Source: Catajapyx aquilonaris (lineage: Eukaryota). From it: a stretch of 64,000 nucleotides of DNA. A model generated the notes under the pieces. The model saw only the letters and a program-made list of their open reading frames with translations. It ran no database searches and was not told the origin of the DNA. How positions within the stretch are numbered: the first letter of the stretch is position 1; every line of letters begins with the position of its first letter. Made by a program: the position numbers and the translations under genes. Below are positions 51,336 to 64,000 of this stretch, piece after piece. The stretch is from contig JYFJ02001686.1 in assembly GCA_000934665.2 (NCBI GenBank), positions 1-64,000 of the forward strand, read 5' to 3'.

Positions 51336-54300
51336 TGAGATAGAAAATTGGGTTGCTTCATGCAAGGATGACAAGTACGTCGATCAAAAATCGATATCGA
51401 TATATCGAAAACCTGCTCGTTAAGAATATTTCGATTCGTCTTTTAATAAGTCGGAAAATTGCTAATTTTTTTAAATATTTGGCCGATATTTTTTGACAAT
51501 GGACTCGATACATCAAAAAATCGATCTTAAATATGTATCGAACCTAGAAACTATGCGTATCCTGCCAGATTTTACGAAGAATCCCTGTGCGTCCTAGAAT
51601 ATATAGGAAAATCTGGCTTCCTCGACCGGGGTTACGCTATAACGTGACATCGATCATCTCGGCAGGCAAAGCAAGTTCCCTTATCACGCCTGTCGAAGGC
51701 TGCAATGGATCCACCTCGCCTGGGCCTAGTGATTAGTGGCCTGGTAATGAGAGTGCCGAACTTGGGGATGAGGAAGAAAAAAAAAGAGTTGAGGTAGTGG
51801 GGGGGTTGTTGGAAGAGAGAAAATCTCTTCTCAACTTGGCGCCTGCTAATGGGAAACCTTCTTTACCATGACAACAAAGAATTCCGTGTACTCCAATTAT
51901 TAATCACCGACTCCTTCCTTCTATATCCATCACCTTCGCCTGCTGGGATTTCTCACAAAAATATTCAGAAGTTCTCACCGCACTTTTTCCTCTATAGATA
52001 TCCATGGTTGGGTATGACACTTTTGGGACACACTGTAGCATTATGAATGAACCACATTTTTGGATAAAATGTAATAGCATTCTGGTTCTATCTTATAGTA
52101 GCATCTTGCATGCAGGGTAAGCTCATAAGCTGTGGTACATTCTGTGGTACTATAACATCATCCCAAAAATCTCATTGTTGTTTAGCCAAGTGCCTATCTG
52201 GAAACATTTGATTGCAGGTTTTGACGTCTTATCAATGGAGATGAATAGTAAACAAGCCCCTTTGATGTGACAGCTGATCAATAAACTTTAATATTTTTTT
52301 GCCCGGACCATAGTTAATGTCTTATGGCATACACTCTGCTATTATCATCGCATTAATTTTAATGGTAAAGCCATTAACCTCATGCAATTTCATTCCCTAC
52401 TACATGGTTGAATGCGTCTGTGTGTAGCAAGACTAGCAACTATATTTTCATCCCTTTTACACATTACAATACGCTCCAACTGACCTAGCCCTAGATCGCA
52501 CGAATCGTTTCCTCCACATAAAATCTCAACAGAATTTGAGCAAAATGGTGCCCACATGATGAAAGCAGTACATTTGGTCAAAAGAGTATACCGGACTGCA
52601 CTTGGAACTCGGCCCAAAATGAATGTGCGGCTATACTTTGAATAGGAGTAAGCTTATCAAATTACGTCAAGTACAATAATGGCACAGTATCGTCATGAAC
52701 AAATTTTTTTACACTACTAAAAAATGCAACTTATACTGGCGCACGTATCAACACATCCTTTTGATCATATTTCGCATAATTGACAGGTTGTCAGCTTAAG
52801 TGTGATATGTACTGAATGTGTGGAAAAAGGAGGGGGGAATCCCACACATTAGCCACTTGTGTAAATACACGTCCAAGGGCACCGACACGGCTGATTTACA
52901 GTTGAGAACACAACAGTGTGTATGTCGACACCAAACTCGCCAGACCACACAACGCCCGAGATTTATTTACTTTATATCATGTTTACAGGCTGTATTGCGC
53001 CATATTGTTATGAAATTATAACAATGGAAAATGCAAGGTGGTGTTATCACTCTGCCTTTTCTTCGCACTTGTACGTTAGTTGCTCAATGCTTTCAGCAGC
53101 TCTGTTTACAAAAAAAAGTACTGTGAATTTCCTCTTTGTTGTACACACTGCAAATAAAATCGAGTGGAAAAATCGCTCGGAAAAGGACTGATCACCCAAA
53201 CCGCTCGAAATTAATATTTCTGCGATTTTCTTCTCATTGCAACATGTACCCATGTGGCCATGTATCCACTACCTATATGATGATAAAAATTCACATGGCA
53301 TTCCCAATATTACATATACACTCCCTTTCCCCCCTTACCCTTTTGCAAATATTTCCCCCTCCAGTGGTAAGCCACGTCGAGGGTTCTGAAATCACGTTAC
53401 CCCCGTAAATCCCATCCCGATTTGGGCAGCAAAAAGGGGGGTGCCTCCAGAGGACCTTCCTTCCCCGAAACATTTATGAACCTCTTCTCTCCCAATTAAC
53501 CCAATCACACTCGGTTTGGGTGTCGACCCCCCCCCCCCNCCAATACCCCCTCGTAGTTCCCCTCGTGCCCAGCCCCGCCTCGATTCCTCAACATGCAGCT
53601 ATGATTGACAATTACGGCATATTGTCCCGCGTAATTTCATTACGCGCGGTGAAGTAATGGTAAAGAGGCAGACGCGTGCTATGAAGTGGAGCTGCGTGAG
53701 GGCAAACCTCAATGGACCTCGCTTCCTGTCCCGGGCCGATAAATTTGCATTCATAGAGCCGCTTTGCATGTGTTAAGCTAGAACACAAACACACCCCCCT
53801 CCCAGCTCCTCATTTGCATGACGGAAAGAGCAGCAGTTACAGTTTTTTTTACAGGCCACCCAGCAGTCTCATTCAAGCAGTTGAGACAAGATTCTTGAAG
53901 TGCTATCATGCAGAATGATTAGGTCAATTTGTGTTTCAGTATTTTTTTTGTGCCATGTCCTTAACATTTTAATTTTGGTAAAAAAAAGACTGGTTCCAGA
54001 ACGGGTTCGGTTTCATAAATGACCCCAACCAATGTCTTTGAGCTCTTATCATCAAGAGGCGCAGTTCCGCTCTCGCGCCAAGAAGCGCCAGATTCATCCT
54101 TCTATGGGCGAAAAAAGAAGCTGGGAAGTAGGGAGGGAGAGATATAAATGGCTTCTCTTCACTGATTTATACGGGACTTGGGTGTCCCGGAGCATTATCC
54201 GCCGCGGCCCGGATTTGTCCGACCAGGGATATAAATCATTCCTTGCCGCAACCCACGCATGACTGTCGCTGCAACCGGGGGTTAAACAATCCGGACCATA

Positions 54301-54840
54301 TTTTTTATATTGGAATCCGGAAACTGCCCGTTCCGGACATACCAAAAATTTGCGTCTCCCAAATCGCCCAGTAACAATCAATCCTGATTTTAGCAGAGTA
54401 ATTAGTCGTCTCTCTTGTTTTTGGACAAGAATTGAATGGATATTTCCTGATGCGATGAGTCTCAGTCTGATAACTTACGTAACCCCGTTTCTGCACGGCT
54501 TCCTGATGTACAATGCACGAACACAGGAGTTGTCTATCTCCCGTGCTATTAATTCTGCTGCCACAAGATGTGATCCGTGGATAATCCGGACAATTTCCAG
54601 GGGATCGGAGGAGAAATAACTTGGAGAAAAAATGGTGGTCTTCAAGGGCACGTCAATGATTAATGATGAGGAAAGTGGTCTCCTTTAACGTGCAAGGTCG
54701 CACAGGTGAGTGCAACGTTGTATGGAAACTGCATAGGTCTTCTTTAGAATTATGGACAGTCGACTGCACTGTGTTGAAGAGAGGACATTATGGCTTTATC
54801 TCGGGACTTGAATTTTTAAAGAATCTTGGGATGACAATTA

Positions 54841-55214
54841 TTTCAACGAACTCACAAGGGAATGACCCAGGGTGGTCGCCTCCGATTTGGCTGCAATTCA
54901 CTTGAGGGGTCAATCATGTGCTATAAACACAGTGGTGAAAGTTCTAGATTCCACTCTTCATCCGTTTCCGAGATATGAACGACGGAAACATCCGAATTTT
55001 GGCCGCGCGTACAGGGGCCGTGCGGGAAAGGGACAAGTGCAAGGCATATGCGCGGCCAAAATTCGGCCGTTTCCGTCGCTCATATCTCGGAAACGGATAA
55101 ACAGTGGAATCTAGGACTTTCACCACTGTGTTTATAGCACATGATTGACCCCTCAAGCGAGTTGCAGCCAAATCGAAGGCGAACACCCTTGGTCATTCCC
55201 CTGTCAGTTTGAAA
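54841..55214. mobile_element. Foldback / MITE-like element with ~170-bp inverted arms and a 35-nt spacer
   Basis: 54841-55011 is close to the reverse complement of 55047-55214 (e.g. AGGGGTCAATCATGTGCTATAAACACAGTGGTGAAAG / CTTTCACCACTGTGTTTATAGCACATGATTGACCCCT). ORF-track entries 54872 (+) and 54944 (-) translate to near-identical peptides for this reason. Confidence 0.8.
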
Positions 55215-57195
55215 ACGCTTTGGAACAAAATTAGTAAATAACGAGCACTTTTAACCTATAATTTTAGGAACATGGACTCACATCGAGTGACAATCAATCA
55301 AAAGGGACAGTCCAACTTCAATTAGATTGAGTGAAAACCCAATGAAATCGTGCCGAAAATCACTCCAAGAATGTAAGATTTGGAGGCAAATAATAATTTT
55401 ATAGCTCCTTTAGTAATTTTATTCATTTAGAGTAACACAGAAACCTCCAATAAAAATATTCACACAATTTGAGTGATATGAATGGCTTGATTGAGAAGTT
55501 CAAAGAAATCGCTCTGAGAGAATAAAAAATAGCCCATTTAAAGTTATTGTACGACTTAATCAGTACTATAGTTTTAAGGGCAAGTTTCGCTCAAATTGAG
55601 CTATTTTTAGCTACAATTATATCGTTTTAGAATGCCCCGTCTCTATATAAGCAGAGAAAAATGAACCTTTTCCTTCCTTCCAATAAGCCTGTCCCTTGAA
55701 CATCCCTGTCGCAGAGTTGACACCTCTCGTGTGAGAAGTGTCCCAATGACCAAAAAGCATCGCCATTGGAACTCGCTGACGCCAGCCAAACCATCCAGAC
55801 CTCCCTGAATGATATAAAATTCCGGATGAAGAAGCGAGAAATCCCCAGCTCTTCATTCTCACCCTCTGGCTGTTATTCTCCATTACTCAGCACTCTTCTT
55901 AATTATTCCACCTGCCTTGACTCTTCGCGCCAGCATCCGTCAGAATCTCACCACGACATGGCGGCTACGATATAGCCCAAGAAGAAGTAGAAAAAAAAAT
56001 GGCTGTCTGAGAGAGGGTAAAAATGAAGAGCTGTGTTTATACACGATACCGACGATGATCACGTTCTTTCGAGAATGATCGTCATGATTAAGCAAGAATG
56101 CATCATCCAAGAATGCCCGTTGGGTATATGGGCGCTGATTTTTCGGATATTTTGACCTCACAGTCACGGATGGGCAGTCACTAGCGTATGTTGTGTACAC
56201 ATAGCAAAAATGCGATATGGAGGTCCATATAGCTCCAGTTCTACGCAGTTCTTTTGGTAGATCCTGATGTGTAGGCTGCATGGTAAATCCCTCATATGTA
56301 AAGCAGAGGAAATAATCTACCTTTTTGTCAGAGTAGAATATGCCTGTCTATTCCACTACAGCGGTTGGTCATGCAGTCGTCAGTATTTACCCCCCCCCCC
56401 NAAAAAAAAGCGGCATGATCTGACCGATAACTGTAGAATAACAAGCACAAAAACACCGGCTACGGCTATAATTACTTGGACAAACAGCCTTGTGTTGCAG
56501 CTTTTAGAACTAATTTAACGCCGTGGTAATCCTATAACGGAGCGGTAAAGCAGTAACGGCCTCCGGTATTCCTACACATCCTTTTTTTCTCTCTCTTCTC
56601 ATTCTATTCGCATTTAACCGTACTTTGAGCTCGATGTAAACGTGACCATCGAAGTACACGACATTTTCATCCCTTTAGCTCCCGTACATATACGGGCAAG
56701 TACTCTGGTAACTTTCTGGTGGCATGACCGGAAGAAGCATTTCTTAGCTTCGGCCACGCCTACTGAGCATCTCCCTGGAGGCAACAATGGCTCCCCCTTT
56801 CCTTGCTATTTGGCTGCAACCTCCTCCATCTATGGGTCTCTCTGGTGCTTCTAGTGGGTGCCTCCATGCTCCAGCGGCCATGGGGCCCAAGGGGTCAAGC
56901 TTGGCTGCCTCCTTCGCTCTGCCTCTCTCAACATGGCTAGACCTCCTCGTCAGAGCCTGATGACTACATTAGGACCTCCTCTCCACTCTCATTCCCTCAT
57001 CTCACGTTTCCTTGCCCTCAAGTGCTAGCTGGACGAATCAAATAATGAAAAGAAGAAAAAAAAACTGAGAGAAAACTTTCTGGAGGGAGGTCATGTGTGG
57101 TTTGGTAGCTGACCCTCGGTGGAAGGATGGATGGACTTAAATCAGATCAAAATGTGAAGCTAACTTTTCTCAAATTGCCAAAGAGCAGGGAGAAT

Positions 57196-57445
57196 ATCCT
57201 GGTGGATAGGCAACTCATATGGCACTACCAGGCGTGTTTGTCCTTATTAATCCAGGTATGCCTAGCGTCCTATATGTAGGACACTTGCACAGTTAATTTT
57301 TTGTTGTTATGTTAGTGCATCATTTGCTCATTAATTTAAAAAAAAATATTAGTTATCCTGATGGGTAGGCAGCTTATATGGCACTACCAGTAGTGTTAGT
57401 CATTAACCCAGTAGTGTCCTATATGTAGGACACTCGTACAGTTAA
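57196..57445 (+). repeat. Direct repeat (~100-bp core, 159-bp spacing, 2 copies) with an internal palindrome
   Basis: ATCCTG.TGG.TAGGCA.CT.ATATGGCACTACCAG...GTCCTATATGTAGGACACT..ACAGTTAA at 57196 and 57355. Confidence 0.75.
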
Positions 57446-57721
57446 ATTTCCGATTATCCGGGTGCGGATTATCCATGCATCGCCAAAAAAATTGAAGTCC
57501 AAAAAATGTCAATGTTTCGCACGAAAAATTACGGACTTCTTGTCTAGAGAACTACCTAAAAATCTATATGTAAGTTTTATTATTTTGATTAAAGTATTTA
57601 AAGAAGCATACACTATGAACAGTAGTACATTTAAAACGTGTGAATTATTTTTACGGTGTCTAGGATCATTGTCGGATTATCCGCGTTTTCCGATCATCCG
57701 GCCGGATAATCGGGAGTAGTG
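57439..57721. mobile_element. Tc1/mariner (pogo/Tigger-like) MITE
   Basis: TA-CAGTTAAATTTCCGATTATCCGG ... CCGGATAATCGGGAGTAGTG-TA, with TA at both ends and subterminal CGGATTATCC repeats. Confidence 0.55.
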
Positions 57722-58923
57722 TAATTACGTCAGTCCATTTGCTAATAATATTTAAAAAATTAACAACTGGGTTAATATCATGCGCTCAGGCATCCATCTC
57801 CGTAATTTCCATCTAACCCCGACAATTACTCTGACAAAAAAAATTCTCCAAAAACTTCTAGGTGTTAATTTAAGGTGTGCGAAAGTCGTGATGCCACCAC
57901 TTATAAATATACAGCAAAGGCATTGGTGTAGAGATAAAAAAAAGTAAGGAAGGTTACAAAATTTCCCAACCCATTCCCTCCTCCTCCTCCTCCACACCCC
58001 CCCCCCCCTCTATAATTAATTATGGCGCTTCTCATCACCGCTTTCAAAATGTCACCCTCGGTTTCCCGTTCCCATGCCAACGCAACTCTGGTTGCTAGGT
58101 GGCACGGCTTCAACACCAACCCTCCCCCAGCAACCTCCCCTACCAACCAAACTCTTTATAGATTCGCTCGTGTCGAAATTTGATGAGTTCGGCACGAACT
58201 TTCCTATACCAGTATATGACACAAAAAAACATATGCGGATTGCAACATTCTAATATTCCATCGACATCTAGTGTCGTGTGCCATCAGGTCGAAGATGCCA
58301 AGTCACGCGTGAATAAATTATAACGTTGCAAATACGACGAAAAAGGGGGGGGGGGNTTGAAATTGCTACGGGCGAGAAAAGGAGAAAAGGGGAGGGGGGG
58401 GGGAAGCTATATATGATGTCAAGCTGAATCGCTGCCTCTTTATGTCTCCTTTCTTGTTCTCGCAATATTCACTCGTAGTACGAAATATTCCCTCAAAAAA
58501 AATGCAGATTTGGCATAAATTTTTAGGAAGTTAAAATTAGAGTTGGTGACTAGCACTTCCTGGTCTGAAGAAAACGTCACTCTGTCGGTACGACTAGACA
58601 CTATATATCAAAATCTGAACTCCCAGAAGGCAGGCTTTAATTTCCCAGCTCTCCTCAAAGGCATGTTCTTTGATAGGGTCCGCCCGTATTCAACCCCCCG
58701 TTCCTCATTAACAACCTGATAAGGAGTCGGCAAATAAAGCCCTGATAACATCCGCAGAAATTGTAGCAGACCAGCAAGTTAGAGGGGGAGACTCCGTTTT
58801 GAAATGTACAGCGATTCAACACAAATGACATTCGGTCGATACACTGTCATTTGCTGGTAAGACTGTATGTATTTTATTGCACACCCGGTACAGGGCTACA
58901 ACAGTTTTTGCGATAACTCTACA

Positions 58924-59291
58924 CTGCAATTCATGTACTGTTCATGTACCGACTTGAAGGCGCAACAAAATTTATTCAGCACAAAATGTCGTCTACAGTA
59001 CTGACTTGCAGACAGTATTAAAGCTGATGAATTTTTAAACATTCACATAATCGATGATAATTTAATAATTGTTTTGTCAACTTTTATCATCGTTATTGCT
59101 TGGGTCTCTCGATGTTAAATACTGTCTACAAGTCAGTATTGCAGACGGTACTATTTGACGTCCAAGTAGGTACCGGTGAATCAATACCATTTTCAAGTCA
59201 GTATCTGAACGATGAACTGTCTACAAGCCAATACTGTAGACACTTTGTTGATCACAAAGTACCACCTCCGGAATCGGTACATAAATTACAG
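58924..59291 (-). mobile_element. MITE family A, copy 3 (reverse orientation)
   Basis: Ends TTGTTGATCACAAAGTACCACCTCCGGAATCGGTACATAAATTACAG and begins CTGCAATTCATGTAC. Internal motifs are reverse complements of those in copy 1. Confidence 0.7.
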
Positions 59292-60594
59292 CAAATTGAT
59301 CGGACGCCCATTGCTCTTGAAGTTCTATAGCTTCCTAAAAAAATTGCAAGAAATATTGACCCAGCAGCCATAGCACATCACATGTCAATAAGCATTGTTG
59401 CATCCAAACTAAGGGACAATGATTAATGATCCGAACAGGTCACCAAGAGCAATCACTTCCATTTTGTCCCAAACATTGGCAACATTGGTGACCCCAGTAT
59501 TTTGGGTGGACATACCCAATTTTTTTTACGCCTCGACGACATCTCCGATCAGAATCATTTATCATGTAGGGGGGTAGCCATGGGGAGAGTTGCTTTTGAT
59601 AACATCCGGGCGCCTTATAACCCTCCTCTTTTACCTCCTCCTTCTCCCTATCATTTGTCTTGCCGGTCTCACCTGTCAAATCCGCTCAAAGAAGGCGAGG
59701 ATAGAAGAGGACGTCATCAAAATCCAGCCTGTCTTTCACACCTCCACTAGCAACCCTAAAAGCAGACTCATTATCCTTTCTACCTACGATTTGATATTTC
59801 AGCAATTCCTGCTTACTTCAGCAGCCTTCTCAGCAATAATCCTCCGCTAGAGGGCAGGCAGGCAGATCGATTCGACCTCCCATAGGTATATATATATTCC
59901 CGTCTCTAAAAATGGTGGTAATCCACCCCCCTCTGTTCCCTCAAATGGAGTAAAGTTAAATAATTTTTAAAAAAAATTCCCGTCTCCAAGTCGGAACATG
60001 TCACGTGGCATCTCTTTTCATCGCTTTCCATCATCTCCCATGTAGTAGTCTAGTTTTACTAATGGCCGCCGCAGTTTTTCCCCCTCTTTGCACCCCCACG
60101 TCCATTATCGGGTCAGCATATGCAGGATTCGGGAGCCGCAGATTCAATTAACGAGCGTTCGACACGCACGGGGCGAGGTTGCATTATCCATACCAGGTTG
60201 CCAGTGCTATACTATTAGAGGAAATAACCGTGGACCCCCCTACTGGATTATAGGAGGGAAAATTGTAGGGGTGTGTCCCCCCTCCCTAGCACCTCGAAAC
60301 CTCTCGAGAGATGGACTTCATTTTCCATTAAACAAGATGTTCAAATTCGGTGGTGAAACCCACGAGGGATGGAGGGGTGCAGTCATCCATCACCAAGTCA
60401 CTCGATAGGGAAAAGTGTGGGGAATTATCCTCAGAACCTCCCCCTCTTATATGCTGATGTATCGGCGAAATCCTAGAGATATGGATGATTGAAAATCGGA
60501 ACCAACTCGTTTTCCGCCAAGAAACATGGAGGGTAAATGGAGCCAAAATGGCGTCGAGTAATGAACAATTGCAATTATTTGACAATCCATAACA

Positions 60595-60782
60595 CTGTAA
60601 ATCATGTACCGACTAAATACCATCTCCAGATCAATACATGAATGCGTATACATGACGTCCAAGTCGGTAGCATACATCGTGATGTACCATTTTCAAGTCA
60701 GTGCACATGTGTCTAGTCAGTACCGTATAGACTGTATCTGCTGATCCCAAAGTACTACCTCGGAATCGGTACATGAATTACA
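60595..60782 (-). mobile_element. MITE family A, copy 4 (short, reverse orientation)
   Basis: CTGTAAATCATGTACCGAC ... TGATCCCAAAGTACTACCTCGGAATCGGTACATGAATTACA, with internal ACATCGTGATGTACCATTTTCAAGTCAGT. Confidence 0.65.
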
Positions 60783-62646
60783 TTACGATTAAGAAATTTA
60801 GTTTCATATGTCAGATACACCGCATACAGGACAGCAAGTACCTGTCCTACATCTGGACATTCGCCATGACCAATGGGCAGCGGAAAGACAGCAATTTTTA
60901 GCACCCATTCGACAGACGGAATTCCAAAAAAATGTCAAAAAAAAATTGGAACGGGGAGCGATTAAAAAAAGTAGGAAACTCCTGGACAAACTCTAGACAC
61001 AATCTATTTCCCACGATGAGTGGGAAAATTTTCATGCCCGTCTAGTCGCCCGATTGTCATTTCAGCTACTTTGCTACGCTTTCCAAACGGACCGTTACTG
61101 TATGAAAATGATGTACCGCTAGAAATGTTCTGATAGTGTGCTGAGAGGACCGTTTCACCAAGTTGCCACCAAAGCACGACCACACCACACAATTTTGGCA
61201 TAAAAAAATACACAAACTACAGAATTTGGTCCCACTAATTCGACCGAATGTTCAGGGTTTTCTATCAATATGGGCAAATGGATTACAAAATTAAATTGTA
61301 AAAAAATCATAAATTGGCTATTACAATAATCCAAAATATTTCCAAAAATTGGCCAAAATGGAATGAAAACAAACACTTGAGGTGCATGAAGTGGCGCCTG
61401 TAGCAACCCCACCCTAGGCAGGCAGGCAGGCAGCAAAAACCCCTGCAAGCCTTGTAACCAGGGGCTGATGTCCCTACCAACCAGAGCTCACGAGGGCTGC
61501 CCCGCCCTCTCCTCACCCTGGGAACCTCATCGATCCTCCCCCACCCCCAGAACTCTAATGGTGGCAGCCCCCATTCTGAACCCCCCCCCCTCCCCCTACT
61601 ACCCTTCGACCCTCTCTCTCTCTCTCTACCCTCTCTCTAAAAGTAATAACGTGGGAAGCTGGCGCGCGAGAGCAAACGAAAAACTGGGGGTTCCCGCATT
61701 GTCCCCAGGCCTCCTGGACCAGCTGGCAGGCTACGCTTTAACGCTCTACCTTCCCGCCAACGTATGACCTAAGGGGGTCAAACCCCGATAGATAACCTCA
61801 CTCACGCTAGACATGCCAACTCTTCCTGGTAAGGCTGATGCCCCACTTTTCAGTTCCGAAAAATCGACAACAATCCATAAGTGGTTTTAGAACTCCCTAT
61901 TGTTGTAGACATGAGCTAATGACCATAACATCAACCTCAAATGAAACTATTCATGACCTATAACCTTTTATCACAATGAGCCACACTGTTATGTCAGCAA
62001 TCGACATTGATACATACTATGGTTTAGCCGCCGGATTCACCTCTACTGGGCGCCACCTTTTAAAGAGATTTAACATTAAGTTGGTACTAGCAACTACCAA
62101 AAATGCGAGTAGTTTTGTAGAACATGACTCGCTACCATTTAGAGTGGTGCAGTTGAGAGGAGGATGTCCAATTCTCTTGGTTGCGCCATGAATTGTGTGC
62201 TCTGCCCTTCGCCCTTCTCCCCTACTGGCATCCGTAGGCCTGCCCTCTTTCCCCCTCCATCCCCTACCTCCCCCCTTGCTCTCTCTCTCTCTTCCGACCA
62301 GGCTTTTCATATGCAGCCAGATGGAGGAAATGAAATGCGTTTCCGGCCCTCCGCTTGCCTCCGCTGCCTGCTCTCCGCGTGGGGGAAAAAGCAGCCAGCC
62401 AGGGGGTGGAGGAGCGGGGAATCTACCCACATCCCTCCCTACTCCCTCTCTCTGATTTCCAAGACTCCCCCCATAAAAATTCAGAGTGGGAAAGAACTGG
62501 ATGTGACGTCATGCAAAAAGTGCCACTTTACATCGGAAGTCATGATGGACATATGACTATCCGGATCCATTGGGCCTAAGAGTCATTGAACGGACTCAAA
62601 GTCATGTTTTGACTGGTAAGATGCAGAAAAATTTGAGCTATGTGGG

Positions 62647-62922
62647 TCGCGAATAAGGGTGTTCGCGAATTAGTTCTCGTGAATACATAGGGTGTTCGGG
62701 AATAGGTTCTCGCGAGTACTAGGGTGTTCGGGAATAGGTTCTCGCGAGTACCAGGGTGTTCGAGAATTGGTTCCGCGAATACCAGGGTGTTCGGGAATAG
62801 GTTCCGCGAATGGGTGTTCGAGAATTGGTTCTCGCGAATACCAGGGTGTTCGGGAATTGGTTCTCGTGAATACATAGGGTGTTCGCGAATAGGTTCTCGC
62901 GAATACATAGGGTGTTCACGAA
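62647..62922 (+). repeat. ~32-bp minisatellite, ~8 copies
   Basis: Unit AGGGTGTTCGGGAATAGGTTCTCGCGAATACC with 28-33 bp variants. Units abut with no unique spacers. Confidence 0.92.
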
Positions 62923-63734
62923 CGTAGGATACGAGCTGACTTATGAAACAAGCAGGGATTACCCCTATTGGCCGAATAGGCCCTTAGAGACAAACACGAC
63001 CTTCATTAGCTCCCTCGCACCCATTTTTTCGGGGGTCCTTTGCTTCATTTCTCTCATCATCCCTTGTCCACCCCTATGGCACCCACCCATCCACCCACCC
63101 CTCCGATATCGCTTTAACGCCCGAATCCACACCCCTCCTTGGCTGGGTAGCCTCAGCGGACAACCCTCCCAACCCCAAAACCTCCCCTTCAATCCCCTCC
63201 GATCATTACAGGAGATGGAGTGTCAAAATGTCAAATTCAGATTGCAGAGGGGGCGGGGCCCGGACCCCCGCTTGGGGATTCATGGGGGACCTTTGGGGGG
63301 AAGACCCCCACCCCTACTACAACCCACCCCTACTTTTGACAGATCTCGGCAGAGTTGAGATGACAGGGAGTGCCGGGGATTCGGTACTGCCTGGAAGAAG
63401 ACAGGACGAGTGCAAAGGAAAAGCTGGAGGGGGATTGTCGCCAACGGGACAATAGGGGATTATCCTTCCTGCCCACCCTATCCCACCCACCAGGCTCATA
63501 CGCGGCTCGCATGCCTCATGCATTAATATCAGGAGGATTATGACAGGGTGGCACCCTTCGCACTGGCAACGCACACCCAGATCCATACATAGCATAGTGT
63601 ATGACGCGTGTATGACGTAGTCTTTACCATATCGCAAGTTGTGTTTGAATAATCAATTGGAAGTGGAAATTATTATCAATTATTACATGGCAGAGTGAAG
63701 AGACTTTGACATGTGCTTATCATTGAGATATGAA

Positions 63735-63807
63735 GGCCCAGTGGCGCAACGGATAACGCGTCTGACTACGGATCAGAAGATTCCAGGTTCGAATCCTGGC
63801 TGGGTCG
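63735..63807 (+). tRNA. tRNA-Arg, anticodon ACG
   Basis: 73-nt GGCCCAGTGGCGCAACGGATAACGCGTCTGACTACGGATCAGAAGATTCCAGGTTCGAATCCTGGCTGGGTCG. Acceptor stem GGCCCAG/CTGGGTC, anticodon arm TCTGA-CTACGGA-TCAGA, T-arm CCAGG-TTCGAAT-CCTGG, intact A and B boxes, no encoded CCA. Confidence 0.97.
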
Positions 63808-63814
63808 CGCACAC

Positions 63815-63821
63815 TTTTTTC
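63815..63821 (+). terminator. RNA polymerase III terminator (T7) of the tRNA-Arg gene
   Basis: Run of 7 T starting 8 nt after the discriminator base. Confidence 0.85.
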
Positions 63822-64000
63822 ACACAAATATAATAAAATGTTCAAAATATTATATCGTAACACCTTTTTTTGCGTCAACAAGCCATTGTTGGCAATAGTG
63901 ATGTCAAGACTATTCTCAGGCCAAAATTCTTTTTCGAAAATTAGACACCCATACTTCAAACATAAAAAATTGCATTTTTTTTGGTTAGTTTGTGCATGAT

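Noticed and set aside
59440..59790. Minus-strand peptides superficially like a decayed piggyBac transposase C-terminus (RRCRR...KYW..QCCQCL)
   Set aside because: Requires a frameshift and several stops, and key cysteines are missing. It would need a significant translated or HMM hit.
62647..62922. CRISPR-like appearance of ~32-bp repeats
   Set aside because: Units are contiguous with no unique spacers, there are no cas genes, and the context is eukaryotic. It is a minisatellite.

Overview
Eukaryotic, probably arthropod (at least invertebrate), genomic DNA. The 64 kb window is a gene desert around one intronless minus-strand SoxB1/SoxNeuro-type HMG-box gene (first ATG at 24078, TAA at 22780-22782, 432 aa), plus one intact tRNA-Arg(ACG) gene near the right edge. 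The rest is non-coding: candidate enhancer motif clusters, several small TIR elements (one family with four copies), a ~370 bp foldback, shorter palindromes and minisatellites. The most interesting signal is that the SoxN reading frame looks protein-coding beyond both annotated ends. Downstream of the TAA-C stop, 105 further in-frame codons run to a TGA at 22462-22464, and a predicted multi-branch RNA structure starts at the first base after the stop (candidate stop-codon readthrough). Upstream of the first ATG there is an AUG-free in-frame extension with a mixed-codon poly-Ala run and a CUG in strong context at 24228 (candidate non-AUG initiation). One single-exon mRNA could therefore make up to four isoforms by translational recoding alone. 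These are inferences from reading the sequence by eye; no database searches were run. Nearly all other entries in the ORF track appear to be spurious.
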